DNA of 64,000 bases. Origin: Hydrolagus colliei. Its lineage: Eukaryota. The notes beneath the pieces are model-generated. The model was not told the origin of the DNA, ran no database searches, and saw only the letters and a list, made by a program, of their open reading frames with translations. Position 1 is the first letter of the stretch. Every line of letters begins with the position of its first letter. The DNA is taken from the NCBI GenBank assembly GCA_035084275.1, contig CM068742.1, forward strand, positions 55,986,001 through 56,050,000, written 5' to 3'. The translations under genes were made by a program, and so were the position numbers. Below are positions 1 to 12,145 of the stretch, in pieces.

Positions 1-2089
1 CATTAATTTTATGCAAAAGAAAAGACAAATTAGCCCCACACTTTCCCCTCTACAGCCATGGGCACACACCACACATACCAATGTAAAAATCACCGAAGCA
101 ACATTTACATCAAAACACTATTCACATCACTGCATGAGTCACATTCCCAGGGCTTGGAGGTTGTGGTAACCTGCAGCACAGTAAAAGATAAGCACTGCAT
201 CTAGTGGAAGTCCCTTTTCTCTGAATCTTTACTCATATTCACTGACTTACTGCCATACCACTAAAAACGTAAAATCTTCAATCCATCTCTTGTGTGATTC
301 AAGGACCTCTGACTGCACATTTCCAGCAGAGCATGTTCCTTCTAATGTCCTTCTGTAATCAACAGTTATTTTTTAAAATAAATATGCATTTCATTGCAAC
401 AGTTTATCTTTTCCACATTATTAAATCTCTGTGAATTCTAAATAAAGAATGGTGACTGTCTGACTACAGGACATCTGTGTAAATGACGTTGTTAATGAAC
501 ATTTAATGAGTCTTTGAAAATTAATCTAATTGCGACATTTCATCTTAATTCAATTCCTCCACAAGCCAAAACAGAATTGAACTGGTGTAAATAGGACCTA
601 GAAGAATGTTTATGATGGACACAGTCTCTTCAGAATTCAAATTCAGCTAAAATAGAAAGTTAATTATAAACCCTACCACAAAGTTCTTTTTTTTTTAAAA
701 AAGGGAAAAATACAAAACAGGCAATTAGAATGAGAAGAAAATATCCAAATACATAGACATATCATTGGACACATACAAGGTATAACATTGAGAATCAAAT
801 CTGCTGTTTTGTAATGCGCTTGATGCCTTTAAAAGATATGCCAGGATTCGTTATTAGCATCAACAGGCTTAACACAGTACACACTTCAAGCAAATCTTGT
901 ACCTGCAACAAAGAGGTTAGCTCACATAAGTTTTAACCCAATCTTATGAAATATTCAACAGCTGCAGGCAGATAGGTCATACACTGATCGCTAAAGATAA
1001 TGCACAGTCTATACGCCAAACTTCTGGAACTCCCTTCTTGTACCCCTCCGTCTGGTCGCTCCCCATCTTTAAATGGTCTATGGCTACCTCTGAATTGCTT
1101 CCACCCCTTAAGTGCTTTTCGGCAGTTTGACCATTGCTATTATGAATGCAAATTGTTGATCAACATTGCAAAAGGCACCATCTGTATTGCCAAATGTCAG
1201 CCTGGAATGTCACCCAATAAGCCCAACTACATGTACGGGTCACAGTTTACAGTAAAAGCATAAATTCATGACAATTTTTTAAGTGACAAACAATCTGTTT
1301 CCAATTTCAATTGTTTCTGTACATCCGAAAAATGTCAGCAGCCTAAGCTTTTCAAAGGATCTATTTGCAACATATCTGCGCACAGCATTAGAGCCAATGG
1401 AATTGCTGAGTTTCCAGTCTGTTCATATGCATCAGTGGCACAGCTTGACAGTGTATGAAACTAGACCAGAAATGTAGCAAACACACCTAAACCGCTTTAA
1501 TATTATTAATATTGGTACATTGATGACATTTTTTTATTTGTATCTTGCACTACAGCAAAAATGAAAGCTGCCCACATTAGTCTTCTCTTGAAAGTATTTT
1601 TCTGAATTACATAGCAGGAAACACAATATTTTATTGCTTTAAAAAAAATGTCCTTGCCCGTGTTCTGTCACCTGATAATTGTACATTTCACCCTCTCCTC
1701 CCCTCCTGAACAAATATGCTCAAATAGTAATTTCTCAGCACCCCCTCACCTTCATCTGCGAATTTCTATCAGAGGTGTTACTTCCTGTGGCTGACAACCA
1801 AATTGAATTTTTGGACACAGATTACATAAAATAAAATCTAAGCATTATGATGCATTCCAACCTCGAAATTCATTAAAATGGATGTAAAGTCTGCAGACAT
1901 AAAGTGTTGTTATTAGAACAGGAGCTTTCTGCACACTTACTGTTGACTTTGTCCACCCTATTGCACTAATTTACTAATTGCATAGACTCTCCCACCTTAT
2001 CCTGGCATCATGAATGAGGAATGGGGTAATGGATATGGGGGTATTCCCTTCAATTATGTCACTGGACCTTACGATGTCACATAAATTAT

Positions 2090-3972
2090 GCAGTCCTGTA
2101 GCTCAGTGGTCAGAGCACTAGCCTTACAAGCGAGAGACCTGGATTCAATTCCCGGCAGAGCAAAACCTTGGGCAAATTTCCACACGCCTGATATTAATCC
2201 CTCAAGAAAAAAATAATAAATTGATCATTTCAATCCTCAACTGTTTCTGGATCAAGGCTGTACACAATTGGCTGGTGCATTTCATTCACAAATATACATT
2301 CAATTCACTTTGCAGTATATTCTGCGAAGTGCTTTGAAACGTCTAGAAAATGTGAAAATCCCCTGGACCGGATGGCCTGCATCCTAGAGTTTTAAAGGAG
2401 GTGGCTACTGAGATAGTGGATGGCATGTCTATAATCTTCCAAAATTCTGTGCATACTGGAAAAGTCCCCATTGATTGGAAGATTGCAAACGTAATTCCAC
2501 ACTATTTAAGAAGGGTGGGAGAGAAAATATGGGAAACTATGGACCAGTTAGTCTGACATCAGTTGTAGGAAAAATTATTGAGTCCTAAATAAAAAACATA
2601 GTTATGGGATACCTTGTAGACCATAAAAAGATTACGCAGAGTCAACATGTGCTTTATAAAAGGGAAGTCATGCTTGACTAATCTTTTAGAATTTTTTGAG
2701 GATGTATCTAGCAGGTTAGATGAGGGGGAACCAGTAGATGTGGCATATTTGGATTTTAGGAAGGCATTTGACAAGGTGCCACACAAAAGGCTGTTACTCA
2801 AGATTAAGGCCCACGAGATTAATGGGAAAATATTAACATGGATAGAAGAGTGGCTATCGGGTAGAAAGCAGAGAGTAGTGATAAACGGATCATTCTCGAA
2901 TTGGCAGGATATAACTAGTGGAGTGCCACAAGGATCAGTGCTTGGGCCTCAGCTATTTACATCAATGATCTGGATGAGGATATTGAATTTGTGTCTAAAT
3001 TCGCGGATGACACTAAACTAGGTAGCAGAGTGAGCTCTGAAGATGATGCAAAAAGATTGCAACAAGATATAGATAGGCTAAGGGAGTGGGCAAGTAGGTG
3101 GCAGATGGAATTCAATGTTAGCAAGTGTGAAATTATTCACCTAGGTAGCAAGAATAAAATAATAAATTATTTTCTAGAGGGGAGAAGTTAGATAGTGTTA
3201 GTGTTCAAAGGGATTTGGGTGTCCTTGTACACCAGTCCCAAAAAGTTGGTTTGCAGGTGCAGCAAGCAAATAAGAAGGCGAATGGCATGTTAGCGTTCAT
3301 TTCAAAAGGTTTAGAGTACAAGAGTAGGGAAGTCTTGCTGCAACTGGAAAGAGCTTTGGTGAGACCGCACCTAGAGTATTGTGTGCAGTTTTGGTCTCCT
3401 TATTTAAAAAAGGACATACTTGCCTTAGAGGGGGTGCAGCGTAGATTCACTAGGTTAGTTCCTGGGATGAGGGGACTGACCTATGAGGATACGTTGAATA
3501 AACTAGGGCTGTATTCTCTAGAGTACAGAAGAATTAGGGGGGAATCTTATTGAAACATATAAGATTCTTAAAGGGCTGGATAAAGTAGACAGTGAGGGAC
3601 TCTTTCCCCTGGTAGGAGAATCTATAACCAGGGATCACCGTCTTAAAATTAAGGGTCAGCCTTTTAGAACAGAGTTGAGGAAACATTTCTTCACTCAGAG
3701 GGTAGTGAATTTATGGAATTCACTACCCCAGAAGGCTATAGATGCTCAGTCCTTGAACATTTTCAAGGCTGAAACTGATAGATTCTTTAAAAATAGAGGG
3801 ATTAGGGGTTATGGGGATAGGGCAGGTAATCAGAATTAGGTGAGAAGATCAGCCATGATCTTATTGAATGGCGGAACAGGCTCAAAGGGCCGAATGGCCT
3901 ACTCCTGCTCCTAATTCTTATGTTCTAATGTCCTTATGAAAAGCGCTATATCAAATGCAAGGATAATTATTG
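2090..3972 (+). mobile_element. tRNA-derived SINE (2090-2358 plus 3937-3972) split by the CR1 insertion
   Basis: A/B-box head agtcctgtagctcagtggtcagagca...ggattcaattccc; tail resumes after the CR1 as aaaagcgctatatcaaatgcaagg. Confidence 0.85.
2359..3936 (+). mobile_element. 5'-truncated CR1/L3 LINE (frameshifted reverse transcriptase plus 3' UTR)
   Basis: ORF pieces YLDFRKAFDKVPH, SGVPQGSVLGP, SKFADDTKLG, LVRPHLEYCVQFWSP; ends with ggccgaatggcctactcctg and (ttcttatg)-like repeats. Confidence 0.93.
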
Positions 3973-4254
3973 AAATATCTGCTCTCAGTTGTGCCCTCTA
4001 AAACAACACCATAACAAACCAAAACCGATTGAGATTACAGATCAAAACAAGGAAATCAGTGCACGTAAAAAAATCCTTGCATTTGACATAACAACCACAA
4101 CAAAATTACAGTTGCATGGCATCTTTCACGTCAGGACGTCCCAAGGCGCTGGACATAATACCTTTCACCCTGAGAAAAGCATCTTAAAGCATTTCACTCT
4201 GTCGAACCTAATGACTGTATATTTTGTAGACAAATTCAATAGCTAGTGTATACA

Positions 4255-4500
4255 TTGTCACACAAACAGCTATGAAGTGAACAATTAATTTTCATTCAGG
4301 TAACTGTTGGCTAGGACACCGGGAAAAATTCCCTTTTTTTTTTAAAAGAATAGTGACATGAGATCCTTAACGTACACCTGAATAGGTATATGGGGCATCC
4401 CCTCTATTTAACATCTTAGTTGAAAGACAGCACTGTTGACAACATAGACCTTAGAGTGTTTAGTTTAGACTATATTCGTTAAAAGCCCTCAATGAACTTT
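4255..4500 (-). mobile_element. Degenerate Deu-domain SINE fragment
   Basis: Reverse complement resembles the DeuSINE core (...gtctttcaactaagatgttaaa...ggtgtacgttaaggatctcatgtcactattc...ttttcccggtgtcctagccaa). Confidence 0.55.
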
Positions 4501-7111
4501 GTGACTGCATTATGCTTTGAAAACAAGTCACTTTCAAAACGACAGCAGCAGAATCCATCAGAGGAGGGAGGGGGTGAGAGGAATAGTCAGGTATTCAATT
4601 GAATCAAGAAAGGGGTGTAAAAAACAGTTCTTCTGATTAATCACATTGAAGGTTAGATTTATTGTTTGAATTAGTTCATGGTGTAGGGTTTCACAGATGC
4701 GTACATTTATCAAATGTGTAAAAATGAGCTATGGAGTACCCTAGTTTGTGGAGCTAATTAGTTGGATTCTTGCCTTGCCTGGTCACAAGGTACCTCAATG
4801 CTATTCTAAGCTATTTTGTATCTGCAAATGACAGACCAAGCTGGTCTAACGGCACCTGTGTCGGGATTTTTTTTTGCTGTTTTCAGCATTCAGACTTGCA
4901 ACTATTCAGGCATTACTGCACAGTTAGAACTGCTGTGAATGCAGTAAAGTGCTGTGACAGCCGCCATAAATCAGTAACGTTTCCACTGCATTAATCTTTT
5001 CGGTACTGACACTCATTTGTATCGTGCAGAATACAAGCTTATTTGCATCGTATATAATCAACCTTATGCAATTTTTTTTTGAAAGGACCAGAATACCTGA
5101 ATGGCTGAAAGTGTTTATCTGCTAAGTACCTCATGCATACAAATCAGGAAGGACCGAGGTTTGATATTTGGCCTGTGCGCATGAGCTGATCTCAACCATG
5201 GCTGAATTAGGGACAGTGGGCAAGGGAGGGTAATAATAGCTTGGGTTCCTTCTCTGTGTTACAAACCAGTGACTCTTGCTCACATCAGGCTCAGATATTA
5301 TGAGCAGCCCATGGCCTAATAATAATCCCTGTCAAGCCTCATGCATAAATACAAATGAGGTGCTTTGAGGAAAGAAGACAAGGAATATTTGCTAAAGAGA
5401 AATTGTCAAAAAGAAAAAAAAGAGATTTATTAGCAGGTTCAGCAAAAAGATAATATGCAAAATGTTTATGCTCCCAATCAATGGTAGTTTTCAATATTCA
5501 TTCGGCCCACTTTTCAATCTAATTTCCTTACCATTTTCTCCCCTTCTCTTCTGAAGGCAACTCACTTGTCTGAATATGCGATACCTTGCTCGACCACGTC
5601 CACATGTTAATCTTTCTAGACATTGGAAGTTCACGCACTCACCCTCAGGGTCCTTTACTTCTATCCATGCCTAATTCTGTCCTTGCTGAGGTCCATTTCT
5701 AACTCTGCCCTGACCAGCACATATAAACTTCCAGAAGAATAACAATCAGAAATTGGAACTCTGGCATTGGTTTCCTCCTCTAGCTAGGGAATGCCAAAGG
5801 GTGATTGTAGAATAACAAGAATAACATATATCCAAATTTTCACGTGGCAACATAAAAATTCACCTTTAAAAATTGTGTGCAAGCATTCTGTCCCAGATCT
5901 ATTTTTAAATTTAGATTTTGTACAATCCAATTCTATTTTCAACTCTTTTGAACCAGGCTCTAACCAGCTTCAATACCTCGATTAGAGTTAGTATCTACTT
6001 GTCACTGCAATAAGTTTGAAGTAAGTTATTTTCTGATGGGATAGCACATGATTATTCCAGTTGAACATTTATGTTCTGTCTACTAATCTAAGAAGGTTGC
6101 CAAAGTTTATTTTAAAACAATATAGAGAACTGATCTGACAGCACCAGAGTGTTGCTGCGGACGGCCGTCTGGATTAATACATCAAAATAATTTCGATTGA
6201 AACAGAATATTCTTGTCCATATTTTTCTTGCAGCAGTTTACAATTCCGAGCATAGCTTGTGGAAGATTTATGACATGATTAATCTCACCAGGCGTTTCAA
6301 TGCGGTAAATCCTCTACATCTGATGCAAATATGGTCGTCACAGCAGAAACCAGATAAATGCCCGTCTATTTTGGGAACAAATAAGATGCTCGAACCCGGA
6401 CTTATGTTCGTAATCAGAACATTTGTAGAATATCAGGGATCAGAATGAGCATCGTGTCATTTTACTCCCACGGATACAGAATATTTTTCTAATAAAGCTG
6501 TCAGTCGTGTTTAACGTTTCTCCATCAGTAGCAGGTGAACCTAGTAAGTCAGCTGCTGTGAACTCACTCATGTACGAGGTGGTTCCAGCAGCTAGTGCTC
6601 AGTACTGGCACCCAGGAATCTGTGCCAGATGCACATAAGGCAGTCACTGCTGGAGGGAATCTGTTCCCAATAGCTCCCACACAACGGGAACCTGCTTACA
6701 TTTTTCTGAAACCCCTAGTATTCCATCACCAAGTGAACTCAATCTACTTAATAATTTGCACAGAAATGTGTGGTGAGCCCAAATTGGATCTGACTGTTAA
6801 TGCACCCTCAGTAATGGTGGATGCAAAAATGATCCCATTTGTTTGGCATAATGACAAGATAGAAATGTCACTGGACTCTTCCAGACATCCCAAATCTTCT
6901 TGTAAAATACTGATGGAATAACAGCAAAAAAATTATACTTGTATAGCGCCTTTTGCAACAGGAGTATGTCCCAAGGCGCTGGGAAAGCGGTCAATGGTCC
7001 AGTCAGGGCCACATGCTCCAGAGCAGGAGGTAAGCTAGTCTCCTCAATGTTGACCTGACTTTGAAAACACAACTTACAAAGCAGGGCAAACATGGCCATA
7101 TAGATATAGTA

Positions 7112-7434
7112 ATAAATAATAATCCTTACATTTGATATTACGCCTCATCACATCTTCAAGATGCCTCAAGGCACCTCACAGAACATACTATAAAGTGATT
7201 TCACAATATTTGATGGGCGAAATGCAGCAGGCAATGTCGCACAAACAGGGACCAAATTATTAAGGGATTATTTCCCCCAGAAAAGTAATCCCCAATCAAC
7301 TAGCAACCGGGTTCCTACTTAATGCTTGGTAAACAGAGGTGTGTGGAGTATGGATACTTCTATAAGGCTGGGAATCATGCCCAGGTCCTCTAATTTGTGA
7401 GGTGAGTGCTCTAACCAATACCCTACAGAACTCC
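7112..7434 (-). mobile_element. tRNA-derived SINE, long variant
   Basis: Reverse-complement head and tail of the common SINE; includes the extra internal segment (ctctgtttaccaagc...gtaggaacccggttg). Confidence 0.75.
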
Positions 7435-7459
7435 ATGTCTATATTCTGTAAGATAACAC

Positions 7460-7675
7460 CCCTAACAAATAATCACTCATGAAAAAAAAAAAAAAAAATT
7501 GGTCACTTCAATCCATGACTGTATGTAGGACACTGCTGTGCGCAATTGGTTACTGTGTTTTGCTCACCAATATACAGTCAATTCACTTTACAGTATATTC
7601 TGTGAAGTGCTTTGATACTTCTATAAGATGTGACAAGGCACTATATCAAATGCAAGGATTATTATTATTATTACT
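7460..7675 (+). mobile_element. tRNA-derived SINE, 3' part
   Basis: ggtcacttcaatccatgactg...gcgcaattgg...tatatcaaatgcaaggattattatt. Confidence 0.8.
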
Positions 7676-7719
7676 ACATGTAGGATCATAGAATTTTACA
7701 GCAGTCTGTGCTTATATTA

Positions 7720-8536
7720 CCGTATATCTCCGCGTATAAGGCGCACCCCCCACTTTTGACCTTTTCTTGGTGAAACAAAACGGAAGCATTTTCAATGATA
7801 TTGCCGGCAGAAGGGAGGAGAGACAGGAGAGACAGGTAGGTAGGGAGGGAGGGAGAGAGAGAGAGGCAGGCCGGCAGCCTGGGAGAGAGAGAGGGAGAGA
7901 GGCAGGCCGGCAGCCCGGGAGAGAGAGAGGGAGAGAGGCAGGCCGGCAGCCCGGGAGAGAGAGAGGGAGAGAGGCAGGTCGGCAGCCTGGGAGAGAGGCA
8001 GGCAGGCAGTGAGAGAGAGAGGGAGAGAGGCAGGCAGGCAGCCCGGGAGAGAGAGTGAGGGAGAGAAGCAGGCCGGCAGTGAAAGAGAGAGGGAGAGGCA
8101 GGCCGACACGCAGGCAGGCAGGGAGGGAGGGAGAGGCAGGCAGCCCGGGAGAGAGAGAGGGAGAGAGGCAGGCCGGCATGCAGGCAGGGAGAGAGGCAGG
8201 GAGAGAGGCAGGCCGGCACGCAGGCAGGGAGAGAGGCAGGGAGAGAGAGCGGCAGGGAGTGAGGCAGGCAGACTGGGTTCGGCAGAAGGTAAGCACAGCA
8301 CTGGAGTCCGCTGCTGCTGCCGCCGCCCGGACGGCCGAGGCCGAAGCCCCGTCACCCACTCCTCCCAACCCCCGCCAGACACTGACCAAGCCCCGGCTGA
8401 CAGCGCGCCGGCCGCCCGCCCAGTTTACTGTATTTCCGAGGCTCAAAATCTCTTGTACCTGCGTATAGGGCGCACCCCCAACTTTCGAGATCTTCCGACC
8501 TGAAAAAAAGTGCGCCTTATACGCGGAGATATACGG
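7720..8536. mobile_element. Non-autonomous Tc1/mariner-superfamily (Tc2/pogo-like) DNA transposon with internal minisatellite
   Basis: Perfect 27-bp TIRs CCGTATATCTCCGCGTATAAGGCGCAC, TA on both flanks (7718-7719, 8537-8538); ~31-bp GA-rich repeat at about 7850-8270; no transposase. Confidence 0.88.
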
Positions 8537-9998
8537 TATTCTCCAATGTGCCACCTCATCTAATCCACATCTTGCATTTATTCTTCTTTACTCATTGTCA
8601 ATCTAATAACCTTTTTTTAATTTAAAAAAACTCCGCTTTAACAATGGTTTGTGGCAAACAATCCCAAATTTCAATTAGCACCAGTGTAAAAAAAATGTTC
8701 TCTAACCTTACTGACTCATTGACCAGTTGACATAATCTATTACTATTGACCTAATCAGAGCTCTTCATAATCTTCAAGACTTCTGTTTGGTCACCCTTTA
8801 ACCTTATCAGCTATACCCAATGCAAGGATAATGATACCCAATAATATCCTAATTGATCCATTGATTTTACATCTTTACAATAAACAAGACTGTACAATAA
8901 CTGTCTAACTGTGGCTTTACTAAGGTCTTGAGCGTCTTCAACATTACCTCTTGTTTTTACATATTAAGGCTCATTAGCCACGTACCATTGCTATCGAGAG
9001 ACTAACATGCATTTAGCACAGAAGCTCAAATTGTAATGTACATTTAATTTACATCAAAGATTGTCATTATCAGCAAGACAATTACACTAATCTTTGCAAA
9101 AGCATGCATATTGAGAGCAAAAGCATACAGAATGCTAGGTACCTTTGCACTTCACTTCAGGTCATAACAACAACAACAACTTCGATTTATATTGCGCCCT
9201 CCACGCTGGACGGCGTTTCAGAGCGCTTAAATTCAATTCAATTCTTCATGAACTTCCTGGAAATTTGTCGAATTTTAAAGGCTGTAACTATAACAGACAC
9301 CTCCCACTTCTCCACTCCAGCAACTTGGGACTGCTCTGCTTCCATAGGATTCCTAACTTCGCAAAGTTGTTGTATCTTTCTATTACAAGACTACTTTCTA
9401 TTACAAGACTACTTTCACACTCCACAGCTGAATTGTGCTACTTTAGACAAATTTAATTTTTCAGAAAGCTCATTGATCTTTTTAAGATTTGGATTAATTC
9501 AATTATTTATTTGTTCCTAATTTTAGAAACACTAAAAGAGAGGCTCCTTTTCAGAAATGTAGATTGAGCATGAATACTAGGGCACAAATCACAAGACTTC
9601 TTTCATGGTACACATAGGTTAAACATACATTGAGTGTCGGGTAGAAAATAAACCCTTGAGTATTTGAATTCCCCCAATTCAGACAACTAACACCTTGATG
9701 AAAAATGCATAATATAAATTGAAAGATTGAAAACTCATCATGATTTTAAGAATGTAACATCTGATCTCGGCTCCTCTTTTATACTCATTAAAGGTTGGAG
9801 GGATGGAAACATAGCAGCTGAATAGCTACAAAATTAGGTACCGGTATACAACACATCAGGAAAAGAGGCACACAAAGTGCATTAGAAAGATGCAACTTTC
9901 AATATAATTTTCAACCGTGCAGCATTTTAATGTACAGTATAAAGGTTATAGAATACTATGTAAGTACATGCTTCTAGGCTGGAACATGCTAGACTCAC

Positions 9999-10090
9999 CT
10001 TTCTTTCCTTTAGAAGTTTCTTATAACCGTTCACACCCAGCGACAGCAATGTAATCAGAATGTCCATTGAGGGTGATGCTGAAGCTCTGC
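9999..10090 (-). CDS. SEPSECS: SEPSECS coding exon 8 (last exon found in window)
   Basis: [30 protein letters not shown]; 92 nt; AAG|gtgagt; no further exons recognised in 1-9998. Confidence 0.95.
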
Positions 10091-10989
10091 CTTGAAATAG
10101 CAAAGAGATATTTTGATTCCATCATCCTGAACTGAATTACTTCTCATTATTAGAATTAGATACACCTCCCCCATGCTTTGGTGGTAGCCACATCACCAGG
10201 TGTTATATTGACCAGGAACCCAACATGTAAATCACTGGTTTGGGTTCAATTATATCAAATATATAAATGCTATACCAAATGCAAGGATTATTATTATTAA
10301 ATTAACAAATCTGGCAATTGAGGTTGAGACCATAACAACATCTAAAGGGAAATTGGATAAATATTTGAAGAGAAAAAATATGAAAGGTTACAAGAATGGA
10401 ATTGTGCTCACGGTAGTTGTTCCAATAGTTGACCTCTGAGCAGCTTAGGCTCGTAGGCAAAATGGTCTTCAGGCAAGTGGACATTGATGATGCTACACAT
10501 AGATTCAGCATCTCAGACTTCAGCAGAGGAGAATCAGGAAGAGCAATTCTTTGTGATTTCCATTAATCTATACTAGGACTGTGGCCTGTTACAAGTTCAT
10601 GAATGTGAATCTAGTAATAATGAGATCAGCTCGACGAAGAGGTTTCCTCTGCTGGGGCCTCTAACAACTCCCCTATCCCCCATGCCCATGTCAAAATAGT
10701 CAAATATCAGTCACTGTCTGAATTAAGAATGCCTTCTTCAGTGAGGGAGCTATTCAAAACATTAAGGTATTTTGGTCAGCCAGATGTCTGACACGTACAG
10801 AAACCAATCACCATGTTTATGATTATCCAACCAAACTGAGAGTTCCGTGTATCACATCTACACATGGAAATCACAGAGATATTGTTGGAATGGAATACAC
10901 CTTCTCTCCCTGAAGGAACACATACTGCTTTGCTTACCTAATACTGGAAAGAGGCGCATGTCAGTAAGACCAAGACTCGGTGACCCCAG

Positions 10990-11390
10990 ATGTGCATTAG
11001 GCTCCTGCCGGAGTCTAACCAGCTAAATCCACATACCTTGCCATTGAAAGCGCTGTCAGGCAAGCTTTCCCACTACTTGTCCAGCTAAGACCTCCCTACT
11101 CATTAGATATTTGATTTAGGATTAACAGGAGCTGATTGGGATAACTCTCTGCCTACAGGGACTGGTCCTCCCTTCTAGGTCCTATTAATGAGCCAGACTG
11201 ACTGTGCTGACATCAGCAGTCCCCTGGAATACCGTGGACCCCCTTGACTCAGGTAATGGATATTTACCAACACTAAATATTGGCTTGATTATGGCATTCC
11301 GTGCCAAACAGTTTAGCTCCAAAAAGACGCCCCCTCCTATCAGGAGCACAGTCACTGGTTGGTCATTTGACATTCGACAAACACAGCTTT
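10990..11390 (-). repeat. Unclassified ancient interspersed repeat, copy 1 of 3
   Basis: Shares blocks with 14160-14575 and 21295-21720 (ccctggaatac.gtggacc; gggaaagcttg..gacag; tagctggttagactcc with copy 2). Confidence 0.7.
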
Positions 11391-11744
11391 GAGCGTCTAA
11401 AATATTAGAACTGGAAAAAAACCATTTTTAATAAGTAACTTTGCAATGCTTCATATTAATACTGGAGGCTTGATATTGCTCACGGTAGAAAATATCACTC
11501 GTGGCTAAATTCCTAAACGGAGGAATAGGAAAATGGGTACATTTTCCAAATTGAACAAACCATTTCTTTAGCCTAAATTCACAGAAAATCATGGTCAAAT
11601 CTAGGCTAAAGATCCGTAAAGAGAATTTCAGATATGCACTTTGTATTGAAGTTGATGTTGATACAAATTGAAACTAAAATAGCAGTCATCTCAACATGAC
11701 TTTGCATTTAAATTAATTTCATCAGTTGTGAATGACAGCACTTA

Positions 11745-11951
<207 letters not shown>

Positions 11952-12029
11952 TTAATATAATTTTTTCAAGTATTTATCCAGCTCCATGTTAAATGTTGTG
12001 TGGATTTGGCTTTAACCGCCATTTTAACC

Positions 12030-12145
12030 GTGGAGTCCTGCAGCTTCAGTGGTTAGAGCACTTGCCTTTCAAGCGAAAAACCTGTGTTTAGTTCCAAGCA
12101 GGGCGAAACCTGGGGCAACTTTCCTTACTCCACACGCCCAATAAT
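12030..12145 (+). mobile_element. tRNA-derived SINE head only
   Basis: ggagtcctgcagcttcagtggttagagcacttgcc...gggcgaaacctggggcaactttccttactccacacg. Confidence 0.75.

Noticed and set aside
7686-8554. Six long overlapping ORFs (up to 280 aa)
   Set aside because: Low-complexity translations of a stop-poor minisatellite inside a MITE
1-9998. SEPSECS exons 9-11
   Set aside because: Searched by eye for HNPISL, QLGSMLF and FMSH-type peptides on the minus strand and found none; presumed outside the window
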